This document shows, in pieces, positions 13,536 to 14,468 of a stretch of 14,468 bases of DNA. A program made the position numbers and the translations under genes. Below the pieces are notes generated by a model that searched no databases, was not told the origin of the DNA, and saw nothing but the letters and a program-made list of their open reading frames with translations. This DNA comes from Nostocaceae cyanobacterium (lineage in GTDB: Bacteria > Cyanobacteriota > Cyanobacteriia > Cyanobacteriales > Nostocaceae): the NCBI GenBank assembly GCA_035299225.1, contig DATGXB010000113.1, positions 1 through 14,468 on the forward strand, read 5' to 3'. Numbering within the stretch: the stretch's first letter is position 1; every line of letters begins with the position of its first letter.

Positions 13536-14468
13536 CTAATTCATGACTTTAGTACGCCAGGGTGCTGGGTCAACGGATAATCCATTGACATATAAACCCC
13601 AATGTAAGTGGGGGCCTGTAGAAGCGCCTGTAGAACCTACTGCACCAATTCTTTGACCAGCTTTAACAAAATCACCTTCTTTAACATTAATACGGCTGAG
13701 GTGCATAAAAATGCTAACAACACCTTGACCGTGATCAACACCAACCACATTACCGTGAACTTTGAATCCTTGGGCTACTGTTCCCACCAGCGCAACTCTT
13801 CCAGCAGCTGGGGCAACTACTGGTGAACCTGTTGCACCAGCATAGTCAACACCACGATGGTAGTAGTCATTGGCAAATTTACCATTATAGTAACGACGGA
13901 CACCATAGATTGTTGTTATTCTTCCAGCGTTGGGTTGAAGGAAAGAGCCATTCCAGAATTTTTCAGGTGTTTGCAGGGCTTTGAAGGCTGCAACACGGCT
14001 AAGTTCAAGTTCTGTTGCCCTGACTCCAGCTTTACCTGGTGGTAAATTAATTCGTTGAACTGGAAATTTGCGATCGCCTATTTTTACTGCTAAATTTTTC
14101 TGTTGCCCATCTCCTGCAACTCTAATGGTTCTAACTCCACCTTTTTCTAAGGGAGTTGTCGGAATAAAAGCTCGATATTTATTAGGTGCAACTTCATAAA
14201 CTGGGTATGTTTTCTCTCCCACAGCCACAGTCGGCTGTTCTCCACTTGTTTGCCCATCTGTATTAATTACTACTGAAACCGTATCACCCAAACGAGGATT
14301 ATTTGGCGTTATCTGTACTTGTAAAGCTTCTGCTGGTGAAGCTAAGGCCACAGGCACAACAGCAAAAATTCCCATTAACAGGTTTAGTTTCCGGCGTTGG
14401 TTTGGCAGTATGGTGCTACCAGAAGATTGTTGATTTTGTACAGTAACAGTGTAATCCTTTGTCGTCAT
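13536..14468 (-). CDS. M23 family (LytM-type) metallopeptidase, secreted
   Basis: 310-aa ORF with a signal-like segment (LLMGIFAVVPVALASPAEA). The M23 catalytic motifs are HRGVDY and GSTGASTGPHLHWGLYVNG. The ATG sits on the last three bases of the window, so the true start could lie beyond the edge. Confidence 0.88.
   Translation of the reverse strand: MTTKDYTVTVQNQQSSGSTILPNQRRKLNLLMGIFAVVPVALASPAEALQVQITPNNPRLGDTVSVVINTDGQTSGEQPTVAVGEKTYPVYEVAPNKYRAFIPTTPLEKGGVRTIRVAGDGQQKNLAVKIGDRKFPVQRINLPPGKAGVRATELELSRVAAFKALQTPEKFWNGSFLQPNAGRITTIYGVRRYYNGKFANDYYHRGVDYAGATGSPVVAPAAGRVALVGTVAQGFKVHGNVVGVDHGQGVVSIFMHLSRINVKEGDFVKAGQRIGAVGSTGASTGPHLHWGLYVNGLSVDPAPWRTKVMN

Noticed and set aside
13608-14045. 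ORFs 13608-13826 (+) and 13857-14045 (+)
   Set aside because: They are antisense shadow ORFs within the M23 peptidase CDS.

Overview
The window looks like chromosomal DNA from a filamentous, heterocyst-forming-type cyanobacterium (Nostocales-like). The basis is AT-rich sequence, seven perfect HIP1 palindromes (GCGATCGC), tandem heptanucleotide (STRR-like) repeats, and small GTAGGG-type palindromic elements. No database search was possible. All family calls come from hand-read motifs in the ORF translations.

Housekeeping and core genes:
- Tas-like aldo-keto reductase
- Uma2 (DUF820) endonuclease
- DUF1499 protein
- leuS
- gamma-glutamylcyclotransferase-like protein
- ECF sigma factor with its anti-sigma factor
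- YkuD L,D-transpeptidase
- ComFB-family protein
- M23 peptidase

The most interesting part is an accessory islet at about 2.5-6.4 kb, between the DUF1499 gene and leuS. It carries a tightly coupled gene pair. The first gene encodes a 151-aa helical protein with a hydrophobic N-terminal helix. The second encodes a 622-aa NB-ARC (STAND) NTPase with near-identical 42-aa TPR repeats and no effector domain of its own.

The small protein ends in two short pseudo-repeats separated by a Ser/Glu linker. The same short motif (h-x-V-x-G-x-L ... [ND]-h-x-Q, sharing GNLT) occurs once at the extreme N-terminus of the NTPase. This is the layout of NLR/amyloid-signalling pairs (fungal HET-S/NWD2, bacterial Bell/BASS). 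I propose it as a candidate two-component NLR cell-death or immunity module, possibly with an undescribed motif variant.

Other observations in the window:
- The three 126-bp TPR repeat units differ almost only at canonical ligand-contact codons.
- A 5 x 21-bp phased repeat array lies upstream of the pair.
- There are three copies of a ~67-bp MITE-like hairpin element.
- An antitoxin gene is followed by a 22-codon ParE/RelE stub.
- An orphan DUF433 gene lacks its usual partner.
- A sigmaE-type promoter upstream of the ECF sigma gene argues for a shorter start.
- There are a truncated TnpB remnant and a frameshifted GDPD remnant.
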